64,000 bases of DNA, taken from Podarcis cretensis (taxonomy: Eukaryota). The position numbers and the translations under genes are program-made. Where the stretch lies: positions 44,640,001 through 44,704,000 of the forward strand of contig OX638151.1 of NCBI GenBank assembly GCA_951804945.1. The letters are read 5' to 3'. Under the pieces are notes generated by a model that was not told the origin of the DNA, made no database searches, and saw only the letters and a program-made list of their open reading frames with translations. Shown one piece after another: positions 37,513-50,159 of the stretch (position 1 is the first letter of the stretch; each line of letters starts with the position of its first letter).

Positions 37513-38914
37513 TATAAACTATGCAAATTGCATTAATATTTTATTGGGGTTGCCACCTATGTGAATTATCAGCAATGGTCCCAGATATTTAGGAAATTTG
37601 GGAAATTTTAGGTGACTCTTAGTAAGTTATATTGGTTCCATCTCTTTGAGGGTAGGGAAGGCAGGAATTTTCAGATCAGCTTTTCTGACTGCTCTCAACA
37701 GTACCCAGTAGTTTTGATGCTATTCCCTTACATAAGGTAAAAAGGTAAAGGACCCCTGGATGCTTGAGGCTGAGGGTCCCAGTGTTTGTCCACAGTTAGT
37801 TTTCCAGGTCATGTGGCCAGCATGGCACAATGGGACACCATGACGAGTGCCAGAGTGCACAGAGCTTGGATAATAATGACAGTACCCCAACTGGTAAAGA
37901 GAAGAAACCAGACAGCTGATGGGGGGGGGGGGAATCTAACTTAACTCTGAAATGTGACAGACCATGTTGTATTCTTCTTCCATGTTAATTTTCAGAATAA
38001 GGACTTACAGAATGGTAGCCATGTCCATCTGTTGCAGCAAAACCAACAAAGAATCTTGTGGCAGCTTTCAAATTTAACAAATGCATTGTAGCATATGCTT
38101 TCGGGGACCACAGGGTGCTCATAGCATAGTAAATTCACTCTGTGTGGGCCGACTCTTGGTTTTGGTCCAGAGGCTGCAGCAGTGGCTACAGTAGGTTGAT
38201 TCGGGCACAAACTATACTCTGCTTGCAGGATTTGCATTGGCTGCCAATTTGCTACTAGGCCAAGTTCAAGGTGTTGGCACTAGCCTATAAGGCCCTATAC
38301 AGCTCAGGATCAGGTTAGTTGAGAGATGGCCTTATACCCTCAGCAGATCACTGCAATCCTTGGGAGGGTTTCTCCTGCAAGTTTCATGCATCTCAGAAAC
38401 CGCTATGCAGTAACTCAGAGTAGGGCTTTTAGTGTGGTTGCCTCTGTTCTGTGGAACAGCAGTCCCAACAGCTCAGATTTCTTAGTTTACTCCTGTCTTC
38501 ACAGCACAGCAACCTCTTGAGGTGGAGCAACTCCTGTTTCCATGGTGCACTGGGCTCTTGAGGCAAAGCAGTGATCCTAAAGCATTCATAAGCACTTACA
38601 GTGAAGGAACTGCTACTAAACTCAGCAGAGCTAACATGAGAATAGTTAGGAATACAAGATTTCAGTCCAAACTAACAATAATGTATGAACTGCAAAAAAC
38701 TTACTTGCAAATGCAATTTCATTTGATCGAAATGGACCACCCATGGGAGCAAATATATGTACGTTTGGGTATTTCTGCCAGTAACCAACAAGGCAAATAA
38801 ATGCAGTATTGGATGTAAGGATATAGCCATGTCTGGCAATGTTCACAAGACAAATTTGTGACCCAATTCAAGATTCTACACCGTGGACTGATACTGCTTG
38901 TGCACTATCAACAG

Positions 38915-39061
38915 GGGCAAGTCACCATATGTCCTCTTTTTCCAGGACATGTCCTCTTTTTCATGGGTATGTAAAATGAGAGTCGTCATAGCGATCCATT
39001 GTTAAAAGTAGAAGTCCTCAAATGTGTCCTCTTTTTTGCTCTTCAGAATATGGCAACCCTA
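38915..39061. mobile_element. hAT (Blackjack-like) MITE remnant
   Basis: gtcaccatatgtcc...atatggcaacccta ends; internal repeats of atgtcctcttttt. Confidence 0.55.
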
Positions 39062-40462
39062 GTTAGAGAAACCTTACTTTACATGTCACAAAAGCCATTT
39101 TACCTTTCTGAAGTAAAAAGAAAAAAGTATGATATATGCCTAATAATAGTAATTGCCTTAAACATTGCAACTGAGAGCATAATAAACATGACAACTGATG
39201 AAATGGCTCATGGTTGAGCCCATTCATCATATGTCTATGAGAATATCTCCACAATTAAAAGAGTACTAACTTATCAGCAGTCTCACTGAGTTCAAGAAGA
39301 TTATTGTAGACGAAATGTTTTGTATATCAAAACCTTGATCAAAATGACATACAAAGAATATTTCAAGGTAATAAGACTCAAGAGATGCTTTAACCTTGAA
39401 AGCTCTTGGAAACTGTGCATGATAATACCCTGAAGATTAATTATTTGTCAATACTGTGACTGTTATTGCTCAGAGAGAGACAAAGAACATCTACTGAAAT
39501 TTCTAATTTATACAGGAGCATCGGTTCACAGAATAAAAAGTAGGACCAAGACTTGTGTATCATATAATTCTGAAAGTGAGCTTTTAGGGAAATGCTGTTT
39601 ACCACATTTCTGAGAACCAGTCATCAAATCAATTTATTAAAAAAGCTTTTATCTTTCTTGTGTTCAGCTTTTTTATTGGCAATATCCAACAGAAGACTAG
39701 ATCATTCCTGAAGTCTTCTGAAATATTAAATAATTGTTGGGGAGAAGTGTGGAAATTTCACATCTTCCTAATATTTAAAGTTTTCAGCTAAGAAGTTATA
39801 ACACCAAACAAGGAGAATCACTACCGTGCACACACTCTGTTAATCAGCTGTATAGGGCACCTATTTTAGATAGGGAATTTAGAGAAGATTATGTATGCAT
39901 GTTTATACACCTTTTAAATAAGTGGCAATTAAACACTTAAATTTAAATCTTATATAAATCAATGGGATTTACAACTTGAGCCTAACCCAAGTTAGGCTTG
40001 GCCAAGGGGGGGGGCAGGGGCAGCTCCCCCCCCCCATCAAGTAAATCAGTAAAAATACTTAACTGAGGTCCTGCGCTCCCCTCCGCAACATTCAGCCTGG
40101 CTACGCCCATAGCCTAACCCAGTGTATTTTATTTTTGCTATACAAATATGCCCACTAAACCTACTAACCGACAAAAAAGAATTTATAGCCCACCAAATCA
40201 CACATGCTAATGTAGATTTCGGTAGGTATCTGTCTCAGGAGAAAATGGAAGAGTGCACCTTTGAGGGTGAAGTCAAACCAATGGAGAGTTACAGCACCTC
40301 CTGTGGCTGTAGAGACTGATATGGGAGAGACATGTTTTGTTGCTGCTGGGGCGGATGGGAATACACTGTTGTTATGCTGGGCAAAACATGTAGCTACTTT
40401 CAGCCCTGGAGAAATGTAATATGTGACACGGCTGTCCAAAAAGAGCATCTATTTATTGCATA

Positions 40463-40682
40463 CAGTGGTACCTCGGGATGCGAACGGGATCCGTTCCGGA
40501 GCCCCGTTCGCATCCTGAAGCGAACGCGAGCCGCGTTTCACCGCTTCCACGCATGTGTGTGATGTCATTTTGACCGTCTGCGCATGCGTGCACGACGAAA
40601 TGCTCTCCGTTACTTCCGAGTCGCCACCGAGTGCAACCCAAAAATACTTAACTTGAAGCACATTTATCCCGAAGTATGGCTG
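40463..40682. mobile_element. Tc1/mariner MITE, CpG-rich family B
   Basis: TA|CAGTGGTACCTCGGG left end, degenerate right TIR plus TA; internal palindrome. Confidence 0.8.
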
Positions 40683-40855
40683 TACAGATAAATGTGAATT
40701 AATGTGCAACGCCTCTGACATAAGTAATAATATTTATTATTTATGCCCCACCCCGTCTGACTGGGTTTCCCCAGCAAACTGAATTGTGCCCTGCTTATAA
40801 AAAGCACATTATATTTTTAATACTGATGATTTTGTTAAGCAAAATAAAACTATAT

Positions 40856-40992
40856 GGGATAGCTCAGTTGGGAGGGCATGAGACTCTTAATCTCACAGTT
40901 GTGCCCATGTTGGGGAAAAGATTCCTGGGTTGCCGTGGGTTGGATAAGATGACCTTGAGGGGAGGTCCCTTCAAACTCTTATGATTCTGTGA
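40856..40992 (+). mobile_element. SINE with tRNA-Lys(CTT)-like head and CR1-type tail
   Basis: tagctcagttggga..gcatgagactcttaatctca, followed by gggttgga..gatgacc..ggtcccttc..atgattct. Confidence 0.7.
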
Positions 40993-41383
40993 AATATGGG
41001 AAATATGTGCGTCAAGCAGTTAAAGAGCTGAAGAAATTGCGTGTGACAGTGCGAAGGCAGCGGGCCAATATTTCCAGCGCAGGATGTGGAGCAAGTTTGG
41101 CATTCAGGCAGTTCGGCAACCCCCACATTTTGGGGCCGCTCTCGAAAGGCATCCTGCTGAATTCTTCTGCCATGTTGGAGATGAACGTGCCATCTTGCAG
41201 GGTGGGAGGGAGGCAGGCGCGCATGCGCGTGGACCCAGCGGGGCTCCGACCCGCCCGCCCAACCTGTGTTCTCTGGGCTTCACTACTACTCCACAAGACG
41301 CAGCCTAAGGATAGCACAGGGGATAAAGGCTGAGAGAATCAGCCAGCTGCTTTTCCTCAGCCTCCCGGAGGCTTTGCCCTTAC

Positions 41384-41417
41384 CCGCTGCAGCGGCTTCC
41401 TTGTCCTCTGTCGCCAT
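41384..41417 (-). CDS. EFCAB2: EFCAB2 coding exon 1 (MATEDKEAAAA)
   Basis: agcATGG Kozak context at 41417; G|GTAAGG donor in phase 1, matching exon 2; lies in a CpG-rich patch. The seven exons total 498 nt (165 aa plus stop). Confidence 0.88.
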
Positions 41418-41432
41418 GCTGTTTTCTTAGCG

Positions 41433-41446
41433 GTTGCCATGGAGAC
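41433..41446. promoter_or_regulatory. RFX X-box (GTTGCCATGGAGAC) at the EFCAB2 start
   Basis: Close match to the palindromic X-box GTTGCCATGGCAAC, 16 nt upstream of the ATG. GGCAAC half-site at 41491-41496. Expected for a motile-cilia gene. Confidence 0.75.
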
Positions 41447-42369
41447 ACGGGAGCTTCATAGGCCTTCTCCCTCTCCAGCGCCTCCGTGGTGGCAACGCGC
41501 ACAGGCGGATTTCTGTGTGTCGGTCCGTTCCCACGTGTTCTTGCATTGCGGTGCTCTCGTAGGAGAGGGTGCTTAAGAAAGCGGGCATGGGGAAATATCA
41601 GGAAACAAATGCACGGGGAGCAGTTTGAAATGCGCTGTGTTTCTTGTTCCTATATATATCGTACACATAGCGGCTGCATTGCATTGCACTGCTTGCGTAA
41701 AGTGCTCTCCAGTTCCAAAGCAATATGCGCGCGCGCACTTTCTCACACGCACACTTTATGCTCTCAGGCCCAAGGTACGGGTTTGCTAGAAGGGAGGGCA
41801 AGAAGGTCTAGCAGAAGGGGGAGAAGGGCATTTTTAGAGACTTTTTTCTAATCACCTTAGCATAAGTGTGCTGTAAGAAAAAACAAAACCAAACCCCACT
41901 TTACCTAAGTTGTCATTTTGCAGGAGAAAAAACCCCACCAACACTGAGCCCCATGCACACTGACTTGACCAGCTGCAGAGGAGGGATATTCTGGTTCTTT
42001 GCTGGTGGAAACCTCCTTGGCAGCATCGACAAGCTGTTTGAAGTATGATTTAATTCAGAAGCATGTGCCCAAATAACAATAATATAAATTTTCTCCCTAA
42101 TTAGGCATACTATCTTTTTCTCAGCTCTGGGTCTTTTATAGCTGATGAACACACAGAAATTCAATCTTGGTTGCACTCCTAGACATAGAAGTAAGTGTTG
42201 TTAAGGTCAATTGGACTTACCACCAGGTAAGTGTATATAGCAGGGATGGGCAGAAAGTAGATTTGTATTTACTGACAGACTTCTGGGTGATTTCCAGTTG
42301 ATCCGTGAGGATTTCTGACTCCCAGTTATTTAGCAACAGTAGCAAATGTAGCAAAAAACAGTAGCAAAA

Positions 42370-43022
42370 AACTAAGATCATGGCCACGGGCCCCATCACC
42401 TCCTGGCAAATAGAAGGGGAAGAAATGGAGGCAGTGAGAGATTTTACTTTCTTGGGTTCCATGATCACAGCAGTCACAAAATTAAAAGACATCTGCTTCT
42501 TGGGAGAAAAGCAATGACAAACCTAGAGAGCATCTTAAAAAGCAGAGACATCACCTTGCCGACAAAGGTCCATATTGTTAAAGCTATGGTTTTCCCAGGA
42601 GTGATGTATGGAAGTGAGAGCTGGACCATAAAGAAGGCTGATTGCCGAAGAATTGGTGCTTTTGAATTATGGTGCTGGAGGAGACTCTTGCGAGTCCCAT
42701 GGACTGCAAGAAGATCAAACCTATCCATTCTGAAGGAAATCAGCCCTGAGTGTTCACTGGAAGAACAGATCCTGAAGCTGAGGCTCCAATACTTTAGCCA
42801 CCTCATGAGAAGAGAAGACTCCCTGGAAAAGACCCTGATGTTGGGAAAGATGGAGGGCACAAGGAGAAGGGGATGACAGAGGACGAGAAGGTTGGACAGT
42901 GTTCTCAAAGCTACCAACATGAGTTTGACCAAACTGCGGGAGACAGTGGAAGACAGGAGTGTCTGGCGTGCTCTGGTCCATGGGGTCACAAAGAGTCGGA
43001 CACGACTAAACAACAACAACAA
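42370..43022 (+). mobile_element. Bov-B LINE 3' fragment (dead)
   Basis: MTNLESILKSRDITLPTKVHIVKAMVFP..YGSESWTIKKA..FELWCWRRLLRVPW; in-frame TGA at 42874-42876; (CAA)n tail. Confidence 0.93.
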
Positions 43023-45230
43023 GCAAATGAATGACTCCCCCTTCCATCTTTTTACTGCTAAAATGAAGCTTGGGGTAAGCAGGGGTGGATTTTTATGTGA
43101 AAGAGTTGTGAGCTCTATGCAGTTCTGGTACTAAAATTCCTGTGCTCAGTTTTTTAATTCTATTGCTACAGTCCTAGCCCCACTTAACCTGGGATTAAGC
43201 CACATTGAATTCAGTAGGAGTTACTTGTGAGTAGACATGGCTAGAATGGCACTGTTAGTATATTGACTTTTGTACCAAATTCTGGATGGTGCCTCTCATG
43301 GTTTTAGTAAAAATAAAAATAAAATAGTAGATCCTGGAAGCCTGAACTCTGATGTCCATGGCAGAATCCTGAGTGTTGATGCTGCTCAATCAGTCTGGAA
43401 GCTACATACTTTGGGTGCCATACTGTCTAATCTCATATATATATGGAGTCTGCTATGGTTCTTCAGACTGAGGAACATGCACACTGTAAACAGATAATTA
43501 TTAAGATCTTCCATTGTAAACAGGTGGTAAGATTGTGCCCAGACTCAAAACAGGGATGGGGAATGCTGCACCCCTTGTGTTACTAGAGAGCTTATTTTTC
43601 ATCTAGATCTCAGCTCACTTTCTTTCTTTGCCCATTTCAAATGCAAAACTGCTGTTTCTCATACCCTTCTCTCCAGGGCACAGGTCTGTGCCTCATTCAT
43701 TCAGATGAATTGCCCATTCAGGAAATATCCACAGTCATTAAGAAACATTAGGACTCTTTTGTCAAAGATGCTGGCTATTCAGTGATCAGGCCAGTCAAAT
43801 TCACAGCAGTTTGCCCTCACAGAAAACATTTGCAACTATGCTGAAATAAGTTGCTATGATAGCCAAAATGACTGGCTCCAATTTTCCTAAGGAAAAGACT
43901 CCTAAAAAGATTTACAATTAAATTTAAAGATTTAAGAATGAAACACACAAGAGCATTCACTGGGTAAGTAATCCACGTATTACAAAGGTATTTCCTCATC
44001 ACCAATAAATAGTTTCCCTTCAGTCAGACTTTCAATATTAGCAGGACAAAAGGTGATGCTTGCCTCTTTACCCAGGTACATGCTGTTTTGCATGAAGATA
44101 ACATTCCTTTCAGGCTTGCAGCTTCATAGTCCTCACAAACAAGTTATAAAGTTGTTCTTTATACAACATTATACAAGCTGCCACCGCCCCCACCTAGCTC
44201 CCTCGTCCACATTTTAGATGATTTGGCATGCTTGAGACAATTCTGCTTTGTAACATTCATCTCTTCCAGTAACCCACCTAAATAAATAGAAGACTATAGC
44301 AGATAGAACCTTTTAGAAGAAATTTATTATCTTTCCTAAATAATCATAAAATTTAATCCCTCTTGAGCTGTGCTTCTCTTTGTCCTAAAGCTGAGGAAAA
44401 TCCCAGGTCTGTAGAGATTCCTGCTGCTTAGCAAAGGGTCTGGAGAAACATTTCCCATGAATATCAAATGGACATTCTGATCAAATTCTCATTCTTTCTT
44501 TTTTCTCTTTCTTTCTTTCTTTTTCTTTCTTTTTTGCTGCTCACTTATTGGAACAGTATCTGCCTAGCACTATGGTCCAAACTGTGGTTGTAACGCTGGT
44601 CACATCTGAGGGTATATCCTATTAGATTAGCAAAGCTTTTCGGTATAACCCTCATTTCTGTCCATCATCCTAGGTACTTAAAAAGACTTCAAATACTAAG
44701 AGTTGGATTCCTCTGTCTATTTTTCTCCTGTAAGCTGTGGGCTTCCTGTTTGCTGCCACTGGAAGACCTCTCCCTCTCTGTTGCTCTAATCACATTCACA
44801 TCCTGCTTTTTCTTCAAGGTGATGCACATGCCCCCCTCCTCCATTTTATGTAAATGGCCCATGACAACTCACTAGGATTCATGGCTGAGTGGTGATTTGA
44901 ACTTTTAGTCCTCTTTGTCGTGGTCCAGCATTCTAACATTGGGCTGTGTTGGTTCAAATGAGACCAAGAAGCCTACAAAGGATTTCTCTGCAAACATTGC
45001 TCCTGCTTGTGGATGGTTCCCTTTCAAATCATTTCCTTCCAGCATGGGCTTCCACATTTGTATTTCACCTGTACTTTATCTTTTGTGGGTACACATAGGC
45101 GAGTATATAAAATGTGATTGGGGAACCTGTGACCCTCTACATATCACTTTACTGCATCATCCTTGCTATGCTGACTCCAACCTCTGGAGGGGTACTGTTT
45201 CTGTACTTCTGCTAAAAGGAGTGCTTCTTC

Positions 45231-45465
45231 ACCTCGGGTTAAGTACTTAATTCGTTCCAGAGGTATGTACTTAACCTGAAACTGTTCTTAACCTGAAGCA
45301 CCACTTTAGCTAATGGGGCCTCCTGCTGCCGCCGCGCTGTCGGAACACGATTTCTGTTCTCATCCTGAAGCAAAGTTTTTAACTTGAAGCACTATTTCTG
45401 GGTTAGCGGAGTTTGTAACCTGAAACGTATGTAACCTGAAGCATATGTAACCTGAGGTACCACTG
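45231..45465. mobile_element. Tc1/mariner MITE, family A (left TIR clipped)
   Basis: Similar to the other copies; right TIR plus TA intact. Confidence 0.88.
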
Positions 45466-45576
45466 TACAATACTTCACAATCTAAACACAGCAGACTTTG
45501 ACTGATTTTCTTGTCTGCCAATGAATCCTGTGACTTACAAAATCTCCCAATTTTTCATTGAAAGTGCACCCTAAAA

Positions 45577-45700
45577 TAAGGTTACCAGATGTCCCTGTTT
45601 CCCGGGGACAGTCCCCGGATTTACAAATCAGTCCCCATACAAAATCCATTGAAGTTGAAAAGTGTCCCCGGATTCATTGAAAAAAAATCTGATAATCTTA
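45577..45700. mobile_element. hAT (Blackjack-like) MITE
   Basis: TIRs taaggttaccagat / atctgataatctta; perfect 8-bp TSD ccctaaaa. Confidence 0.85.
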
Positions 45701-46310
45701 CCCTAAAACACACTCAACACTTCCTACAAATCCAGATTTTAGATCAGTAGTGGTATGTAAACAAACTGTCCACTACAGATCTTCTCATAGAAGCATAGAA
45801 GTGTAGAGCTGAAAGTAATCCTGAGGGTCATCTAGCCCAACCCCCTGGAATGCAGGAATAAAGGAACACTTGGTCAGTTTCCAAGGAACACCAGAATTTA
45901 ACAGAATGCAGTTTATTTACCAAATGCTAGGAGAGAGTAACTGGGAATGGCATCCTCTTCATGTTCTGCATGCAAACTACAGAGACATATGATTGGTTGA
46001 TGCTGAAAATCAATTGTTGATCTAAATCAATAATTTTTAGACACATATTCCTATAAAGATGGAAATTCCATTTAGGCATCATGGCTAATGGTTTTGATGT
46101 GCACTCCAATCCCATGCATGTTTACTCAAAAGTCAATGTTATTTTTTTTTTAAATAATCATGCATTGTTTGAAGATAAAAACTTATTTTGGTTCACATCA
46201 ACCTGTCACTATTCAATTCAAGTGGACATCCCTGAATTCTAGTACCTTTTAAACTTTCAATCCTTCCCATAATTTACTACCCAGCACCACAGTCCTATGC
46301 AGATTTACTA

Positions 46311-46660
46311 GGGAGCTGGTGGTGCTGTGGTCTAAACCACAGAGCCTAGGGCTTGCTGATCAGCAGGTCAGCGGTTTGAATCCCCACAACGGGGTGAGCT
46401 CCCATTGCTTGGTCCCTGCTCCTGCCCACCTAGCAGTTTGAACGCACGTCAAAGTGCAAATAGATAAATAAGTACCACTCCAGCGGGAAATGGCATTTCC
46501 GTGCGCTGTTCTGGTTAGCCAGAAGCAGCTTAGTCATGCTGGCCACATGACCTGGAAGCTGTACATTGGCTCCCTCGGCCAGTAAAGCTAGATGAGCGCC
46601 GCAACCCCAGAGTCATCTGTGACTGGACCTAACGGTCAGGGGTCCCTTTACCTTTACTTT
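46311..46660 (+). mobile_element. Sauria SINE
   Basis: Same head, core and tail as the other copies. Confidence 0.9.
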
Positions 46661-47438
46661 TAGGCCCTGTTGAGATCAATGAGATTTGAGTAAGTGTGGA
46701 TAGAATTGAGTGGCATGCAGTGTTTTTACTGTGACCCCAGGGTCTCTGTGGTAGTCATGGTGATGGCTTACTGTTAAGTAAGGATTGGAAACTAGAAAGA
46801 AAATAACTTGCTTTTCCTCTGTTTTCATCACCTGCCACTCCTGCATAATATTGGACATAACTATGGTCTTCACAGCATACTGTTTTCATACTGCTGTGGA
46901 GAGTTTCCATCTACGTATCTGAAAAACCCAGGCAAGCCACATTCCTAAATCAGGCTGTGTACACATGGCAGTTTAAAGTGGAAGCATGCACTTCTTATTA
47001 TTTGGGTTCTTATCTATGACATGCATAGCATTGTCCCATAAGTGTACTTCTACAAACTAAATTAAAATATGTGCTGCTATTGGTCAAGCTGTCACACGGG
47101 ACTAGTAGGTGGAGAAAAGTACATCATGGACATGGGAGCAGAATGAACCCGCCACGCCATGACAAGGGCCTGCTCTTATTGGGTGTGGGTAGTGAGTCAG
47201 TCACATCCTTTATTCTTATTGGTAGGGCGAAGGGGTGAGCCACCTCAAAATGAAGAGATACACTGCAGAATTTCAAACTCTAGCCCAGACTACATCTTAG
47301 GTTGGGGGAAACTCAAAATCTTCTCTGACAGATCAGGAGCAATGAGACAGCCATATAAAATGGTCAAATGTTACCCTAAAACAAACTCCCCAGTTATATA
47401 CAATTTGTATTAATTTTATATCAATAGATAGGTAGATA

Positions 47439-47492
47439 GGAAGGAAGGAAGGAAGGAAGGAAGGAAGGAAGGAAGGAAGGAAGGAAGGAAGG
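47439..47492. repeat. (GGAA)n microsatellite
   Basis: Seen directly. Confidence 0.95.
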
Positions 47493-47730
47493 ACTTCCAG
47501 TAATAAGGGTGCAGGGTTACATGACATTTTCTGTTTAACAAAAAAGCAGGCACTATATTCTTTGTAGTTTTGCCTTTCCAAGAGCACATGTTGCTTTTTA
47601 AAGCTTGCAAAACTGGTTTGACCAAAGATGGTACCTGACACATACATAAGCATGTGTACAATGACAGAAGTGGTTTATCTACAATTGTTCTTTCATATAG
47701 CTGAAAATGTTACCTGGTCTGCCTCTATAG

Positions 47731-47868
47731 CAGGCATAGATAGGCAAACTCAGCCCTCCAGATGTTTTGGGACTACAACTCCCATCATCCTTGACCACTG
47801 GTCCTGTTAGCTAGGGATGATGGGAGTTGTAGTCCCAAACATCTGGAGGGGCGAGTTTGCCAAGCGTG
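47731..47868. mobile_element. Palindromic hAT MITE, same family as 1311-1446
   Basis: Perfect 8-bp TSD ctctatag; shared internal sequence; diverged relative at about 48556-48692. Confidence 0.88.
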
Positions 47869-48015
47869 CTCTATAGAATCCTAGTTATGCAATGAAAAGT
47901 GTGTATGTGTCTGTCTTACAAAGTTTTTATGCCATTTCTGAAAAGGTTCCTACCAGATTTTCAATTTATATGTGCTCCTTTTATTGGGTACAAAGACAAA
48001 AAAGTAAATAAAAGA

Positions 48016-48175
48016 GTCTTCAGAAGACAATGGGTCATTGTGTCTGACTGTTAACCAGAAGGTTGGTGGTTTGAGCTCACCCAGGGACAGCTGTGGGCTG
48101 GATTCTTTCATTGCAAGGGGTTGGACTAGATGGCCCTTGGGGTCCCTTCCAACTCTAATTCATTCTATGATTCTG
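48016..48175 (+). mobile_element. SINE with tRNA-Asn(GTT)-like head and CR1-type tail
   Basis: ctgttaaccagaaggttggtggtttgagctcacccagggac, followed by ggggttggactagatggccc..ggtcccttccaactct..attctatgattct. Confidence 0.7.
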
Positions 48176-49228
48176 TATTAATTACTTTATTATATATAAT
48201 GGCACTATGGTCTGCTGAAGTTGCATGAAAGATTTCAATGAGAATTAAACCATGTTCTCATCATGAAAGTGATTCTCTTAATGCATCTCTATTAGGAAAC
48301 TTATTTATATTTCTACTTAATGTTTGCATTCATCAATGAATTGAACTGAGAATAGTCTTTTCAAAATAATCTCATGAAACCTGTTTCTATCATTTGTATT
48401 AAGCATTCCATTAATTTTAAGAAAGCAGGTTCTAGAGCCCTAGGGCCTCCATAATAAGTTTATATCTGGAATATCCAAAAGCTAAAACTCTTGCTCTTTC
48501 ACTCTTTCTTACAGTATATTTTTATGAGTAAAAAGAAAGCTTAGTTAACCTGTATCACAGTAGTCAATGTGACTGCCTCCAGATGTTGCAGGATTACAAT
48601 TCCCATCAGCCCCAGCCAGCATACTCAATGTTCAGAGATCATGGGAGTTGTAGGCCAGCAACTTTTAGAGGGCACCAGGTAAACTGCCACTGATCTGCAT
48701 AATGTGGGCATATCAAGTTTAGATTAAGTAATGAAAGGTTCTCACGGTTTACGTATTATGCTGTTATGCACATAACTCTTTGCACTTAAATGATACTTAG
48801 GTCTATCTCATTTGATGTTGAAAAACTTCCCATGGATTTCTAATTTTCAGGGGCCTATTTTTATTCCCAAATGAGTATCCAACACTGCCTGACCCAATAC
48901 CATCTACAGGAGAACATGGATGGGAGACATTTGAGGGATTGGCTCTTTGGGTCTGAGGCAGAAAGAGGCCTGACTTTTATTACTTTCTCTAAGTGCTCAC
49001 CATGGTTTCCACTTATTAAATCTGTGAACTTTCGAGCTAGTTATTTGAAAAATCTTTTGTCTGCCCTGTAAAGAATCACCTTTACAGAGCTGCGCTTCCA
49101 GTCGATGCCTTCAGTGCTTCTGGACAGTATAGTAAAATATGCTGCGAGGAAAGACTCCTTGGGGGCAACCACGCATGGAGGACATATAATTATGCCATTA
49201 CTTATTGCGATGCCCACACAAACCCAAG

Positions 49229-49352
49229 CATGGGCATAGCCAGGATTTATGGGTGTGGGTGTGTGTGTGCAGAACCTCAGTTAGTTAAATATTTTTATTG
49301 ACTTACTTGCTTGGGGGTGGCAGCTGCCCCCCCCCCCCCGGTTATGCCCATG
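49229..49352. mobile_element. hAT MITE, same family as 11029-11156
   Basis: TIRs catgggcatagcc / ggttatgcccatg; 8-bp TSD (a/g)acccaag. Confidence 0.82.
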
Positions 49353-49558
49353 GACCCAAGGGACTGATTTATAAAACCTGTGTTTGTGAAGGACATTAAT
49401 TTAACCAGGGCAGAGAGGGTGAAATGGCTGCTGAGTGACGCTGATAACTCTCTAATTTAGAAAGTAGCATCCTATGCCCTGGAAGTTGGCAGCTAGGAAG
49501 ATTATGGTAAAATAATTTGACAAACTAGCAAAGGGGACCTGGATATTTAATTTGTATA

Positions 49559-49760
49559 CAGTGGTACCTCGGGTTACATGCGCTAACCCAGAAATAGTAC
49601 CTTGGGTTAAGAACTTTGCTTCAGGGTAAAAACAGAAATTGTGCAGCAGCAGCAGCAGCAGGAGGCCCCATTAGATAAAGTGGTGCTTCAGGTTAAGAAC
49701 AGTTTCAGGTTAAGAAAAGACCTCCAGAACGAATTAAGTTATTAACCCGAGGTTCCACTG
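49559..49760. mobile_element. Tc1/mariner MITE, family A
   Basis: TA TSD, TIRs. Confidence 0.9.
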
Positions 49761-50159
49761 TATTTTGTATGAGAATTACCTATTATCCTATGTAACAAAG
49801 AATTTAAGCAGATTTAACAGAGGCTTTATTGTATATGTAGCGATTGTTCATGTTTTTGGATGATTCAATGGTCTTTGGCTAGTGCAAGGAAGTTTATGAT
49901 GATGATTTTTATTTCCAATTTCAGTTAAAAGCATATTCAGAGCTGTATGCCTTGTGGAAACTTACCTGGGAGGAAGCCGCCTTGGGCTTAGCTCTGCAGA
50001 GGGCAGAGGAGGCTATTGCCCAATACAAAATACTTAATAAATGCGCCAGGAGCAGAGCACAGAACGTTAACATTTTGATATCCAACCTGCAACCCAATCC
50101 TAAAACTGCATTCTTGAAAAATACATACAATCTAGCACTGCATGTGAATGTTTAAGTGT

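Larger units (their letters stand above)
41200..41760. promoter_or_regulatory. Small CpG island / EFCAB2 promoter
   Basis: Local CpG enrichment; NRF1-type GCGCATGCGC at 41219-41228; (GC)n run near 41726. Confidence 0.7.

Noticed and set aside
40856-40915. Possible tRNA-Lys gene (likewise tRNA-Asn-like at 48016-48090)
   Set aside because: T arm and acceptor stem are degenerate, and each is fused to a CR1-type tail, so these are SINE heads.
42474-43022. 182-aa minus-strand ORF (and 124-aa ORF at 25941-26315)
   Set aside because: Antisense frames of Bov-B fragments.
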